Source: Chiloscyllium plagiosum (taxonomy: Eukaryota). Taken from it: a DNA stretch of 54,060 nt. Position numbers and translations under genes: made by a program. Position 1 is the stretch's first letter. Every line of letters starts with the position of its first letter. The DNA lies in contig NC_057718.1 in NCBI RefSeq assembly GCF_004010195.1, positions 54,143,773 to 54,197,832 of the forward strand, read 5' to 3'. Below, in pieces: positions 12,269-25,907 of this stretch. The notes beneath the pieces were generated by a model that did no database searches, had not been told where the DNA came from, and was given only the letters and a program-made list of their open reading frames with translations.

Positions 12269-12614
12269 GTTCCATTGTCCTTATAAGTTGGCAGTTGAAA
12301 GCAGCACTTTGATGCCCAATATATATAATTAACCAGAAAAATGAAATTAAAAACATGTGAACTGTCATTTGGCTCGTTTCAGTCTTTAGACAACATGATC
12401 ATCTCAGCACAGATAGATTTCATTCAATTCATGTAGGTAACCTGGACTTGCCTCAGTCTGAATCACATGATCACATTTTAGGGCAGCATTTATTGTTTCT
12501 TCAAAATCACTTTAGTCTATAAAGGTCTCAGGAATTTAAAACCAAATGACAGTGGTGGAATATTGATAGCCCATTTTCAGCATTATCATTACATTGTTGG
12601 CTACAAATTTCATA

Positions 12615-13915
12615 TTCATCCAGTAAAGTGGGAAATTGCCCAGGTATGTCTTGCACACAGAAAAGCAGGACAATTCCTACCTTGCCAATTAATGCCTCAT
12701 CAGTCTCCTCCCAATCATTACTAAACTGATGGAAAGTGTCATCAACAGTGGTACAACACAGTATTTACTTAACAACAACCTGCCCATTTACGCCCAGTAT
12801 GGATTACACCAGGAGCATGCACCTTCTCATCTCATTACAGTCTTGGTTCGAACATGGACAAAACAGCTGAACTCCAAAGGTGAGGTGAGGTGAGACGAGA
12901 ATGACTGCAATTGCCATCAAGTAGCACTTGACAGAATGTGACAGTCAGGAGCCCAGCAAAACCGGAGTCAATGAGAATCAGGAGAAACTCTCCATTTGGC
13001 TTGGAGTCACACCACAATCAAAGGAAAATGGTTGTGGTTGTTGGAGGTCAGTCACCTCAGCCTCAGGACATCTCTCCAGGAGTTTCTCAGAGTAGTGTCC
13101 TAAGCTCAACCATCTTCAGTTGCTTCACTAATGTCCTTCCCTCCATCATAGGATCAGAAGTGGGAATGTTTGCCAATGATTTCACAATGCTCAGCACCAT
13201 TCAAGACTACTTAGACACTGAATCAGTCCATGTCCAAATGCAGAAAGACCTGAACAATATCCAGACTTGGACTGACAAGCAGCAAGTATCAATCATGTTG
13301 TAGAAGTGCCAGGAAACACTTGTGTGTTACAGGACTAGTCATGTAATTATTGTGGTTGCAAGAGCAGGTTAGTGTCTAGAAATCCTGCAGTGAATAACTT
13401 ACCTCATTACTCCCAAAAGCCATCTGCAAAGCTCAAGTCAGGAGTGTGTTAGAATATTTCCCACTTTCCTGGGTGAGTGCTGTTGCAACAATGCTTGAGA
13501 AGCTTGATAGTATTCAGGACAAATTAACCTACTTAATTGGCACCTCAAATGTCCATTCGTTATCATGCTCAGTATCAGCAGTGTGTATGATCTGCAAGAT
13601 GTACCATAGGAATTACCCAAGTCTCCTTAGACAGCACCTTCTAATCCCATGACTACTACCATCTAGAAGGACAAGGACAGCAGATACATGGAAACAGCAT
13701 CACCAGCAAATCCCTTTCCAATCCACTCACTTTCCCAATTTAGAAATATGTCACTATTCTTTCAGTGTCACTGAATCAATCCTGGAACTCTCTCCCTAAT
13801 AGCATTGTGATTGTACCTTTACCAAATGGACTACAGCTCAGCACCACATTCTCAAGGGCAATTAAGGATGAGCAATATATGCTAGCCTAGCCAGCAAAAC
13901 CCCATTTCCCATGAA
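12615..13915 (+). mobile_element. 5'-truncated CR1/L2-type LINE (RT to 3' end)
   Basis: GVSQSSVLSSTIFSCFTNVL..MFANDFT (degenerate QGSVLGP/FADD); 3' tail gggcaattaaggatgagcaatatatgct...cccatgaat. Confidence 0.85.
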
Positions 13916-14429
13916 TAATTTATTCAAAGGAGGTACCAAATTCAGGCATCTTTTCTAATTTGTCTTATAGGAGGTTGGTGACTGGTATTCAGATGCACAC
14001 CTCCAGGAAGATGATTGGACTTGCATCCTGCACCCTTGCTCTTATTTAACTTTTCATCTACCTGATTTCACTGGTTAAAGTTTGAGACTTCGCTCTATCC
14101 CTAGTACCACCCAATGGATGACTCTGTTTTCTTTTAACCTCTCTCTCTGTCCATGATGGATCTCCACAAGTGGGATTTATTGCAGAATCTACTTCTTTCC
14201 TTTTCTCTTTATTTTGGGTGTGGATGTTTTCCTTAACCTATTCCAATTGCCTTGAAAAACAGAACTATTATCATATGGTTTAATCAGCTTCTGGTATACT
14301 CTCTGCGGCTCTTCTACTAAGTGAGGCATCACTTGCACTATAATCTGATCTGTTTAAAAAATCTATTGGTGGTCTTGTAATAGTTGTCATGAAGGTATCC
14401 ATTAACCAAGTGTTTGGGAGACCTTCAGA

Positions 14430-14568
14430 GTTCTGAAGAAGAATCATATTAAACTCAAAACATCAAATCTGTTTCCTTCTCCACAAATGCTGCCAAACTT
14501 GCTGATTTTCTCTGGCATTTTCTATGTTGGTTTCAGATTTCCAGCATTCACAATATTTTACTTTTAAC
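14430..14568 (+). mobile_element. Penelope-derived short element (older family, decayed hammerhead)
   Basis: ctgaagaagaatcatattaaactcaaaac followed by tgctgccaaacttgctg...ttccagcat. Confidence 0.65.
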
Positions 14569-15058
14569 AAGTCTTCTGGCTTTGGTCTGCCATCTTTGGT
14601 CACTTGTTGAACCCTATCTTGACATAATTTGAAGTTATTGATCTTTCCCCACCTCTATTACCTTGCTCTGCATCTTTCTGTACCTCTGGCTTGGCTTCAG
14701 CTCTCTTTAAATCAAGTCATTCTTCCTGAGTTACCCTAAATCTCACAGGTTTACTGCCTCATAAGGCTTTGGAACCTCCTGGTCCCTTTGCTGGTGCTAG
14801 TTGGTTGAGCGAACCTTCTTAAGTTAGTCCAAGTTTCAGGAGTGTACGGCTTCCAAACCTCATTCTGTGTCCAACTTTCTTGTCATTTGCTACTGGATTT
14901 CTGCAATCTCCCCAGGACGTTCTTTTATGTTTAAGGGTATATTTTGCTGCAAACCAAACCAATGCTTAATAAAATATCTCTACATGGCACTGGCAATCTT
15001 GAGTTGACACCCCATTGCTACCAAACCCATAACCAGTTCAGTCTCCAAATAAACCTCA

Positions 15059-15661
15059 TGTTATGGACCAGAGCAGATTCCCTCAAAATATTCTAAGGAG
15101 GTAGCCTAGACTCTACGTTGTTCAAATTGTGAAGGCAAATGGAAAGTATCTGTTTCTGATGCAATGCAACTGGTCAAACTACTTTACATTAAACAAAACA
15201 TAATTTGTTTAGAAACTGTAGTTAAAATACAGCCAAAGAAAGAGGAATTTAACTCTACTGAAAAACTTAACAGAACAATAGATACAATAACTGTTGCCAA
15301 TTAACTGTTCCAATATAGTAATATCTCATAAACGCACTCTTTGGCAAGAAAATGAGAATATTCAGACACAGATTCTCACATGCAGTTCTCCAATCCAGGA
15401 GGAAAAAAAATTCAAAGAGAGCAACAGCCAGAAGACATTTACTGAAGCTTCCATCTCTTTTGAGACCCCAATAGCTTCTGATGTTACTCAGAAATCCTGA
15501 TCTGTGAGAGCCAACCATACCTTTTCAGGCTGCATTTTAAAATAACCCAAGATATTTATTCAAAAGCTATTCAGTAGCCAGCCTGGTTCCTCTGCCTGAC
15601 AACCTCGCTTCATAAATAAAACCAGGACAAAATAACCTCTTAAATTGACAGCATCATCACA
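15059..15661 (-). mobile_element. Old solo LTR
   Basis: Minus-strand termini TGTGATG...CCATAACA, the same style as 26641-27617; no clear TSD. Confidence 0.55.
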
Positions 15662-15896
15662 TCAATCAATAAGACATCAATAGCCAGATCTGAAAGAGCA
15701 TGATGTTCATAAAGGGGAGAACAACAGGATTCTGTGAAAAGGCTATTGCTTACCATATGCAGTGCTATGATCCCAGCATATGGTAATGTTGGACAACTCT
15801 GGTCACTGAATGAAACCTGACTTGACAGATCCTATATTTAGTTTTTTCATTTGATTACTGCAGTGGTTAGTCTCTGAAACATATTCACAAAGCTGC

Positions 15897-16206
15897 AGAT
15901 TAGATTAGATTACTTACAGTGTGGAAACAGGCCCTTCGGCCCAACAAGTCCACACCGACCAACCGAAGCGCAACCCACTCTCCTATATTTACCCCTTCAC
16001 CTAACACAACGGGCAATTTAGCATGGCCAATTCACCTGACCTGCACATTTTTGGATTGTGGGAGGAAACCAGAGCACCCGGAGGAAACCCACGCAGACAC
16101 AGGGAGAATGTGCAAACTCCACTCAGAGAGTCGCCTGAGGCAGGAATTGAACCCAGGTCTCTGGCGCTGTGAGGCAGCAGTGCTAACCACTGTGCCACCG
16201 TGCCGC
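15897..16206 (-). mobile_element. HE1 SINE (tRNA-derived V-SINE), young
   Basis: tRNA head ggcacggtggcacagtggttagcac with B-box gggttcaattcc; V-domain gtggagtttgcacattctcc; (ATCTA)n tail. Confidence 0.95.
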
Positions 16207-16743
16207 TCACAGCTTTGTTCTTTCACAACAGGACACAAGTTGATCACATAAAATAAATAATTAAACTAAGCAATATATCGGACAAGAAAACAACTTTAAC
16301 ACCAGCAGCAAGTTAAAGTTTTGGTTTATTTCCCAACACTATCTTTGAGAGATATCAGCCTTATTTTCACACTTAAAATTTTTGTTTAACTGATTCTTTC
16401 AAATTCCATTTCCATGGATTGCTAAAGTAGTTTTACAATTCATTTCCTAGCCTGCAGCTGTGACCCTTTCACATTTCTAATGGTCTCAACCACTTTGGAA
16501 GCTCCACAAATTAACACTAATTTGGTAGAGAAGGTAACTGGTTCCCCTGCAGTAAAATAATGTTTTCTCCCTTCTGAATTGAACTCTTGATTCTTCTGAA
16601 CGGAAGTTAAATGCTAAACTATGCCTCAGGCCTATGGTAAAACTTAGCAGTATAAGTATTCAACGTATCAACACCACAGATATTCTCCCAGGTGCTTGAC
16701 TAAAATCACATGACCTATTCCCCCAGGACCAGTGGAATACTAG

Positions 16744-17748
16744 AAAGATCAGTGCTGGGTCCACTATTTTTGTCATATAGATAAGTGATTTGGATGTGAA
16801 CATAGGAGGTATAGTTAGTAAGTTTGCAGATGACACCAAAATTGGAGGTGTAGTGACAGCTAAGAAGGTTACCTTGGATTACAACGAGATCTTGATTTGA
16901 TGGGCCAATGGGCTGAGAAGTAGTATATAGAGTTTAATTTAGATAAATGTGAAGTGCTGCATTTTGGGAAAGCAAATCTTAGCAGAACTTATATACTTAA
17001 TGGTAAGTCCTAGGGAGTATTGCTGAACAAAGAGTCCTTGAAGTGCAGGTTCATAGCTCACTGAAAGGTAGAGTTTCAGATAGATAGGATAGTGAAGAAG
17101 GCATTTGGTATGCTTTCCTTTATTGGTCAGAGTATTCAGTTTAGGTGTTGGGATGTCATTTTGTGGCTGTACAGGACATTAGTTAGGCCACTTTTGCAAT
17201 ATTGTGTGTAATTCTGGTCTCTATCCTATCGGAAGGATGTTGTGAAACTTGAAAGAGTTCAGAACAAATTTACAAGGATGCCCTGGGTTGGAAGATTTGA
17301 GCTTTAGGGAGAGGTTGAATAGGCTGGGGCTGTTTTCTCTGGAGCATCAGAGGCTGAGGGGTGACCTTATATCGGGTTATAAAATCATGAGGGCCATGGA
17401 TAGAATAAATAGACAAGGTGTCTTCCTTGGAGTGGGTGAGTCCAGAACTAGAGGGCATAGGTTTAAGGTGAGAGGGTAAAGATATAAAAGAGACCTAAGG
17501 GGCAACGTTTTCACACAGAGGGTGGTGCATGTATGGAATGAGCTGTCAGAGGAAGTGGTGGAGGCTAATACAATTGCAACATTTAAAAGCCATCTGGATT
17601 GGTGTATGAATAGGAAGAGTTTAGAGGGATATGTGCCAAGTGCTGGCAAATGGGACTAGATTAGGGACTAGACTAGATATCTGGTCGGCATGGACAAGTT
17701 GGACTGAAGGGTCTGTTTACGTGCTCTACATCTCTATAACTCTATGAC
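16744..17748 (+). mobile_element. CR1 (HER1-like) 5'-truncated copy
   Basis: SVLGPLFFVI, KFADDTKIGG and LGLFSLEHQRLRGDL motifs; tail ctctatgact. Confidence 0.95.
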
Positions 17749-17759
17749 TGAGAGGAGAC

Positions 17760-19170
17760 TGAAACACCAGACCCTGCCAGATGTGCAGGGTCAATGACCT
17801 TCTCCCCTCTGCCAAGGTAAGAGATACCAATTTATTTCTGCAAGAGTACACTCACTTTAGCTCTGTTATTGCACCAAATGCTCATCTCTATCACTGTCAC
17901 TATTTCTTGGAGCATCTTTTCTCACTCAGTCATGCTTATCCCAAGCTCTGAAACCTCTGCAAGACCTCTGGGATATTTATTCATTCACTTGTGGTATCTG
18001 GCCACCTTTCTCCCACCTGTAGCAGCATTCACACCAACCATTCACACCTTGTCCCCAACATGCATCTCACTCAATCCCTACTTATCTCTCATTCCAGGAG
18101 AAAACAGCCCACTGTCAGCCTAGTGACTCTAAACAACTTTGAGGGACAGAAACCTGGCCTTTGCTGACAAATGCTGGGACAGGTCCTGTAAAGTCACAGG
18201 AACATTCATTTACTAGCAGCCAAGTAAGAAATATTGTCCTTTGCTGTGTTACCCTCTCATTACCACCTACTGTGAAATTATTGTTCACATACCAACAAAA
18301 CACATTCCCCTGGTCACCATATATTCTCCCTTTTGACTCTATACAGGTACCAATCTTGTAGATCAAGAGAGCAGCTCTGCAAGACATCCCCTCCTCCATC
18401 TCTGAGCAAGACAGCATGCATGTAGCAGAGGATGCCCAATATGGCTGCCTCCTGCAACCTCCAGCAGCTCAGATACTAACACCTCGGTGAGTAATTAATC
18501 TAGATTGCAGTGAGGAACTGGCGAACATTTCATTGTCATGTCTCCGTAGCTGGTTGAGGAAGAAATGCCCTAAGGCATTGGCACTTATAGGGCTGCTGAA
18601 GACCAAGCACCTACCTGGCTTCAGTGCAAGAGGGGGCCCCATTGTGTTTACAAGTAGACATAGGAGCAGCAGGCAAGCCGCTTGGGGGCCTCTGAACAAC
18701 CTGACACAAAGGCTTCAAGGACAATAGCAATACTTCAGGAATGTGAAGATCCAAGCTGCCTCAGGAATGTGACAATCTGACTGCTTTCAGAGGCAGGTTG
18801 GTGGCTGCCATGAAGAGCCATTTCCATCAGTCTCAGAGTCTGAGAGATAATGTGCACAGAGCTACACTCCATCACTCTAGACATCGGTACTCAGCACCAG
18901 TGGTAAGGCCCAGGATGATGAGGACTTTCTGAGCAAACTCCAGGTGCTCCCTCCTCACAAAGAGATGACGCAGTGTTAGCAGGTACCCAGATGGAGGTGG
19001 AACCACACACAGCAGCCCCTCTCCCACCCTCTCCAGTGTCTCAGGACCATGCAGGGGTGGCCCTGCCTTCTACCTTCGCACTGCCTGCCACCCTCAGCTC
19101 TGTGGCAGTTCAAAATGAGAAGGACATGCATGGTTCTGGACAGGACACACATGACTCAACATGTCTATGC
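17760..19170. mobile_element. Degenerate GC-richer repeat, possibly Harbinger-related
   Basis: Compositional shift and shark-repeat-like segments; no clear protein motif. Confidence 0.25.
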
Positions 19171-19609
19171 TCTCTAGCCACAAATGTCACCAGGGTCATT
19201 GGACAAACCTCAAGCCAACAGGTATTACACCTTCTGCGATTGTAAGGGAAGATGCCATGGGCTGTTGGTGGGGGCGGTTTACAAGTGAAGGAGGAGTGGA
19301 CCAAGGTGTCCCAGAATGCTCTTGTGGAAGGCCGACATGGGAGGGGAAGGCAATATGTGTCTGGTAGCAGCATACCGCTGAAGGTGACGGAAATAGCAGC
19401 TAATGATTCCTTGGATATGTACGCTAGTGGGATGGTAGGCAAGGACAAGGGAGACCCTGCAACTGTTGTGGGAGGGAAGAAAGGAGCTGAGGGCTGAGGT
19501 TTGGCAGATGGATCAGACCTGGCTGAGGGTCCAGTCAACTACAGTGTTGGGAAATCCTCAGTTGAAGAAGAAGGTGGATATTTCAGAGGCTCCATTGTTG
19601 AAGTTGGCA

Positions 19610-19788
19610 GAAAGGCAAAAGTGATGACTGCAGATGCTGGAAATCAGAGTCTAGGTTAGAGTGGTGCTGGAAAAGCACAGCAGGTCAGGTCATGATTCCT
19701 GATTAAGGGCTTTTGCCCGAAAAGTCGATTTTCCTGCTCCTCGGATGCTGCCTGACTTGCTGTGCTTTTCCAGCACCACTCAAATCTA
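19610..19788. mobile_element. Penelope-derived fold-back mini-element
   Basis: Inverted arms (gtggtgctggaaaagcacagcaggtcagg and its near reverse complement); TSD gaa[g/c]ttggca at 19600-19609 and 19789-19798; mutated hammerhead core. Confidence 0.85.
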
Positions 19789-19800
19789 GAACTTGGCATA

Positions 19801-21445
19801 AAGTCATAGAGATGTGCAGCATGGAAACAAACGCTTCAGTCCAACTCATCCATGTCACCCAGATATCCCAATCTAATCTGGTCCCATTTACCAGCCCATA
19901 TCCTTCTAAACCCTTCCTATTCATATACCCATCCAGATGCCTTTTAAATGCTGAAATTGTACCAGCCTCCACCACTTCTTCTGACAACTCATTCCATACA
20001 TTCACCACCCTCTGCATGAAAAAGTTGCCATTTAGGTCCTTTTATATCTTTCCTCTTTCACCCTAAAGCTATGCCCTCTAGTTCTGGAATCCCCCATCCT
20101 TGGGAAAAGACCTTGTCTATTTATCCTATCCATACCCCTCATGATTTTATAACCTGATATGAGGTCTCGCCTCAGCATCCGATGCTCCAGGGAAAACAGC
20201 CTCAGCCTATTCAGCCTCTCCCTATAGCTCAAATCTTCCAAGCTTGGCAACATCCTTGTAAATCTTTTCTGAACCCTTTCAAGTTTCACAACATCCTTCC
20301 GATAGGAAGGAGACCAGAATTGCACACAATATTGCAAAAGTGGCCTAACCAATGTCCTGTACAGCCACAACATGACCTCCCAACATGTACACTCAATGCT
20401 CTGACCAACTAAGGAAAGCATTCCAAATGCCGTCTTCACTATCCTATCGACCTGAGACTCTACTTTCAAGGAACTCCAAGGTCGCTTTGTTCAGTAATAC
20501 TCCCCAGGACCTTACCATTAAATGTATAAGTCCTGTTCTAATTTGTTTTTCCAAAATGCATCACCTCACATTTATCTAAATTCAACTCCATCTGCCACTC
20601 CTCAGCCCAATGGCCCACCTGACCAAGATCCAATTGTAATCTGAGGTAACCATCTTCACTGTCCACTGAACCTCCAATTTTGGTGTCATTTGCAAACTTA
20701 CTATGTTCATATAAAAATCATTCATATAAATGATGAAAAGCAGTGGACCAAGCACCGATCCTTGTGACACACCACTGGTCACAGGCCTCCAGTCTGAAAA
20801 CCAACCCTCCACCACCACCCTCTGTCTTCCATCTTTGAGCCAGTTCTGTATCCAAATGGCTAGTTCTCCCTGTATTCCATGAGAACTAACCTTGCTAACC
20901 AGTCTCCCATGAGGAACCTTGTTGAATGCCTTACTGAAGTCAATACAGATCCCGCCTCCTGCTCTGCCCTCATCAATCCTCTTTGTTACTTCTTCAAAAA
21001 ACCCAATCAAGTTTGTGAGACATTATTTCTCATGCACAAAGCCATGCTGACTATCCCTAATCAGTCCTCGTCTTTCCAAATACATATAAATCCTGTCCCT
21101 CAGGATTCCCTCCAACAACCTGCCCACCACTGATGTCAGGCTCACCGGTCTATAGTCCCCTGACTTTTCCTAACCCCTTTCTTAAATAGTGACATCATGT
21201 TAGCCAACCTCCAGTCTTCCGGCACCTCACTTGTGACTATCAATGATTTAATATCTCAGCAAGGGGTCCAGCAATCATTTCCCTTGGTTCCCACTGAGTT
21301 TGAGGGTACACCTGATCAGGTCCTGTGGATTTATCTACTTTTATGTGTTTCAAGACATCCAGCACCTCCTCCTCTACAATATAGACCTTTTTTGAAATGT
21401 CACCATCTATTTCCCCACATTCTATATCTTCCATGTCCTTGATGT
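19801..21445 (-). mobile_element. CR1 (HER1-like) 5'-truncated copy, RT region
   Basis: CIDFSKAFNKVPHGRL, GVSQGSVLGPLLFIIY, YCVQFWSPSY; possible TSD ggcat (19795-19799 and 21452-21456). Confidence 0.95.
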
Positions 21446-24239
21446 ATTTTAGGCATCATCAGAACAGATGCAACGGAGATGGAAATGGGAGAATGGAATA
21501 GAGTCTTTACAGGAAGCAGGCTGTGAGGATGTATAGTCAAGGTAACTGTGGGAGTCAGTTGGATATTGGTGGCCAGCCTATCTCCAGAAATGGAAACAGA
21601 GATGTCGAGGAAGGGAAGGGAGGAGTCTGAGTTGGACCAAGTGAAGGTGAGAACAGGATGGAAATTTGAAGTGAAATTGATAAACTTTTCCGATTCTGGA
21701 TGAGAGAGGGAAGCAGCACCAATGATATCATCAGAATACCAGAGAAAGATTTGTGGGTATGGGCTTAAGTAGGACTGGAATAATTAATGTTCCACATTGG
21801 TCAGGAATGGCCATGTTATTGTACACACCAGGCTACATCATTGTTATATCTGCACCATTTGCCAGCCATGGACACACCAATCACACTGCATATGTTTCAA
21901 ACAAGTGGCCATGTCTCAAGGCTTAAGGTGAGTCAGTGTCAGCAAAGCCCAGGTAGATATTTTTCAGGCAGCGAATCCTGGCACAGTAAGTTAAGGGCAG
22001 CCTCTGATATCAGTCTCGGGGCTGAGTACAGTCAGCTTGAGGCAGTTTGATTCAGGGAATGTGTCCATCAACAGTGCAGAGAGTGGGCTATTGTCAGGTC
22101 TTTGAGTCTGTACCTCTACAGTCTGGGGAGTTGCAAGGATGGGGTGTCTACACACTAAAAGTCAAGCAGGGTGGGGAAGGGGGTTTGGAAGGGGTGAATC
22201 ATATTATCAGGAGCCTGTGCTGTGAGAAGGGAGCTGGGGATCTTAAATTGTGACAATTAGAGGCAGAATACTGGGATGCAGAGGGGATTATAATTATGTG
22301 AAGGCAGAACTTGAAATGTGAGAGGAAGATGACAGAGCATTGAAGGGAAAGAGGTCATGCAGAATGTGGGGGAGGTTATTTACAGACAGCAACACCATAG
22401 GTTTGATCATGGGAGAGTGCGCCATTAGATGTGGAGTACAGTAAAAAGCTGAAATGTGCTTGTTTCAGAAAGCGGATGGTGAATCGATCATGATATCGGA
22501 TGTAAACTCTATTTTTCGGTTGAAGAGGGTTTACCCATACAAATACCTCATACACTTACATTTAACTGACTCTGTATCATGAAGTATTCTTTTTTCAAAT
22601 AAATATATCTGTTAAATTTGTAGCCTGAGAATCCAGCTTTACCTTATGGGTCTAAAATTTTGTTCAAACCTGATTAAATTGAAACAAATTACTGAAGGAT
22701 TGAGTTACTTGCAATCAGGCATAAATAACTCTTTTTAAATAAACCTATCCAAATCTCTGCAGTGTGTGGCATGGATTTATGTTATTAAGCCGCTACTGAA
22801 TTGCTTTAAGACTTTTTTGTCAGTCCTTATGGAGGCTGCAATAACGCAAGGTCAGAGGCTTGATGCTTGAAGGATCTTTCACAAGATGGATATTTCAAAG
22901 GGTGCAGTCAGCCAGATTTTCTGCTTTGTTGATTTATTGCTGCTGCTCTTAACAAAGACTAGCAGTTACATAATATTAAATTAAGAATTTCACAAAAAGA
23001 GACCAGTGGAAATATCACTGGTTATAGACGAGGCCCTCAAGAAGCTGCCAGCCATGCTTGATTTCACAGAAATCTGCGTCTCACACTTAAAATGCTGAAA
23101 AGTACTTTTCTACAACAAGACAAAGGCTGAATCTGTGAGTTTAAATATATCACATCCAATATATCACCTCAAGAAAATCCATGTTATTTAACCCTCTGAC
23201 TGCTAACAATTATTTACAATGCGCTTTCATCGTAATAATGCAAACGATGTTGTAAAGTTAAAGGGGGGATAAGTATGTAATGCACAGTGACACTAGGCAA
23301 AGATAGGTGTACAATTAACTGAAGAAATCAAAAAGTTACTTTATGGGTTTATGCCATCCCATTTTGTTTCAATTAAACAGTAAAATCAAAGTAAATTTGC
23401 TACAGGAAGTTAAGTCTAACCATCTATAATCTAAGCATCTATGGCTTGATAGGTGTTAATTATTTCCCATTGACTTCTCTTGCAGGAAAAGTTCCTTTGG
23501 GGTTAAGTTGTTCCAGATTTATAAAAAAAAGTACAATTACTTTTGTCCGTTTTTATTTCCCTCTTCTCTTTCTATCCAATCATCTTTTCCCTATCTTTGC
23601 TTATGTTTCTACACATCCATTCTAACTTGGACTTCCTTCTCAGTACTTGCCCTGTTAATGTTATAATCTTTCAATCCAGTTAGTTGTAAAGATGCCTTGT
23701 AAAGGGCACTGACTTATTTCTGTCTTACAATTCCAGCAAATTGCAGCACAAAATATCAAGGAGATTAAATAGGGAAGGCAGGTCTAACTGCTCATTGAAT
23801 ATGTATGGCAGATCTTGGGCCATTAATATTTTAAAGCATTTCAACTTCAATCTGTCCTGATGTCTACTTAAGAATTGATGTGTTGAAATTTGAATGGATC
23901 GTTCAGTCCATCAAGTCTGCTTCATTCAGAACCCCCATATCATTATTCTGCAGCTTACCCCATATCTGATAATGCTCTTTAGTAGAGAGCTAAAGGGTAT
24001 AATCCAATAGGATAATCCCAAAGGAAATATTATGTCTGTAGTGTTTGGATTTCCATGGTTTTTCAGCAAAATCTATAGTCAATGAACAGGCCAGACAAGT
24101 CTCCAGAAGATTCAGCAAATGTACATTTTCCAATCTATTGGTGTGTCATGATTCATGGTCACTCTATCAATATATACTTAAGAGACAAAGTATCATTATT
24201 GTACCATAGCCCATGACCTAAGTCATTAAGGTTGCAATA

Positions 24240-24340
24240 AGGCTCTTCTGGTACAATGTCCTCCCTCGGGGCCAGAAAGCCCAGGTTCAAATCTCAGCTA
24301 CTCCAGAAATTTGTCTGAACAGGTTTATTCAAAATATCTA
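24240..24340 (+). mobile_element. tRNA-derived SINE head fragment
   Basis: gcccaggttcaaatc B-box plus gtctgaacaggtt..aaaatatcta, the same family as ~5175-5290. Confidence 0.55.
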
Positions 24341-24705
24341 TCAAGCTCTCAAACTCCATCTTAGCTCGGATCACTTGAAGCACAGCACAGTAATAGAAGC
24401 ACACTGCTCTTTGCAACCACAGAGCATGAACCCAGACACTGTTTTGTCTGTGAATATAATGCTTGTGCAAGTGAGCAAGCTGTAATTAAATTTTGTTGGA
24501 TTCTTCAATACCACATTATCCAAGCTTAGTTTCTTATGTTACGCATGATTACATAAGCAATGCTGCATCAGGTGAAAATGCCCTGCTCGAGGCAGAAGCC
24601 ATATCAATGATCATCTGTAAGAAAATCCTGAGATTTCAGTGACAGACAATTGGAAAATTAATGAAAGAATAAGTAATAATAGCACTGGGCATCAGAGAAT
24701 TCAAT

Positions 24706-24796
24706 GTCAAAAAGTGTGGTGCTGGACAAGCACAGCCAGTCAGGCAGCGTATGAGAAGCAGGAGAGTCAACATTTTGAGCATAAGCTCTTCATCAA
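24706..24796 (-). mobile_element. Penelope-derived short element
   Basis: Family sequence ending at cttcatca (hammerhead core); direct repeat agaattcaat at 24696-24705 and 24797-24806. Confidence 0.8.
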
Positions 24797-25711
24797 AGAA
24801 TTCAATCAGCAGCATTAGCTTCGTGGGTACAAGCAACGCTATAGTACATAGATAAGCATTAGCCAACAAGCAGAAGAGCTAATTTATTTTTGATTAAACT
24901 TTAAGTTATTTCAAGAAACTCCTGAAGAGCTAAATTTATGAATACAAGTAAAACTAAAAGCGAAGCCCTCTACCTCTCCCTTTCTCTCTTTAACTGAGAG
25001 CCCACTCTTCCCAATTTAAAACAAAATGGCAATTAGTCTTCATAGTACTGCTCCAATAAGGAAGCTATTGCTCTTAGGAAGAAAATACAGCTCAAAAACA
25101 AGTGATTTTAGACATCAAGAAAGTTTACTTTTAATAAGACCAGTGGCAATTCTGCAATTTTCCTTCACAAATCAGTATGAAGTAAAGGAAAGTTCATTTA
25201 AGGTCATCAGAACCTTTTTGGTGCAAACACCACCAGAGACAGAAATCTGCAAGTACGTGCCTGTAGTTCTTAAAGCAACAGTCTTATTGGATCAAGACCA
25301 GTATTTCAGAAGCAGGTGTGAAAAATAAAGAGAAACAGCAGAAAATGTAAAAGGGAAGAGAGAAGCAAAACTGGTAAAAGAAATGAACAAACACAGCACT
25401 GCATTCTACTTCTGAAACAAAATGACTTGCAAAGAGAAATGGAAAGTGTACACTTACTTATGGACTGGACATCCAGAGACATGTTTATGGAATTATGACT
25501 GTTCAAACAACACATTTTACTCTATTTTATAGATCAAGCAATCAACAATTCTGAGAAAAGAGCTCTGAAGTCCTGCTTGCCATTGAAAGGAGATGCTTCA
25601 GAGTATTAACATATCCTGTCTTTCTGTGGATGATTAGAATGATCCAGAAAAGACCAGCTCATGGTAAAGAATCACTTTGGGGTTAACAGATGTCATGTGA
25701 TCCCAAGAGTC

Positions 25712-25907
25712 GCGAGTGTGGTGCTAGAAAGGCACAGCACATCAGGCAGCATCCAAGGAGCAGGTGAATCGATGATTCGGAAAAAGTCCTTCATCAGGCC
25801 TGAAATGTTGATTCCCCTGCTCCTCGGATGCTGCCTGAACTGCTGTGCTTTTCCAGCATCACACTGTCGACTCGACTCTCCAGCATCTGCAGTCCTCACT
25901 TTCAACT
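25712..25907. mobile_element. Penelope-derived fold-back mini-element nested in Gypsy gag
   Basis: Inverted arms joined at the hammerhead region; 17-bp TSD with 2 mismatches (25695-25711 and 25908-25924). Confidence 0.85.

Larger units (their letters stand above)
19180..21800 (-). mobile_element. Penelope-like element coding fragment (RT C-terminus to GIY-YIG linker), split by two insertions
   Basis: 21452-21800 reads FHPVLTFTWSNSDSSLPFLDISVSISGDRL..TDSHSYLDYTSS..CSDDA and continues at 19609 with NFNNGASE...HGIFPYNRRRCNTC. Confidence 0.85.

Noticed and set aside
16120..16206. tRNA-like A/B boxes
   Set aside because: SINE heads fused to the V-domain; not tRNA genes.
15919..16251. ORFs such as MWKQALRPNKST... 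(also 45829 and 48161)
   Set aside because: Antisense readings of HE1 SINEs, not genes.
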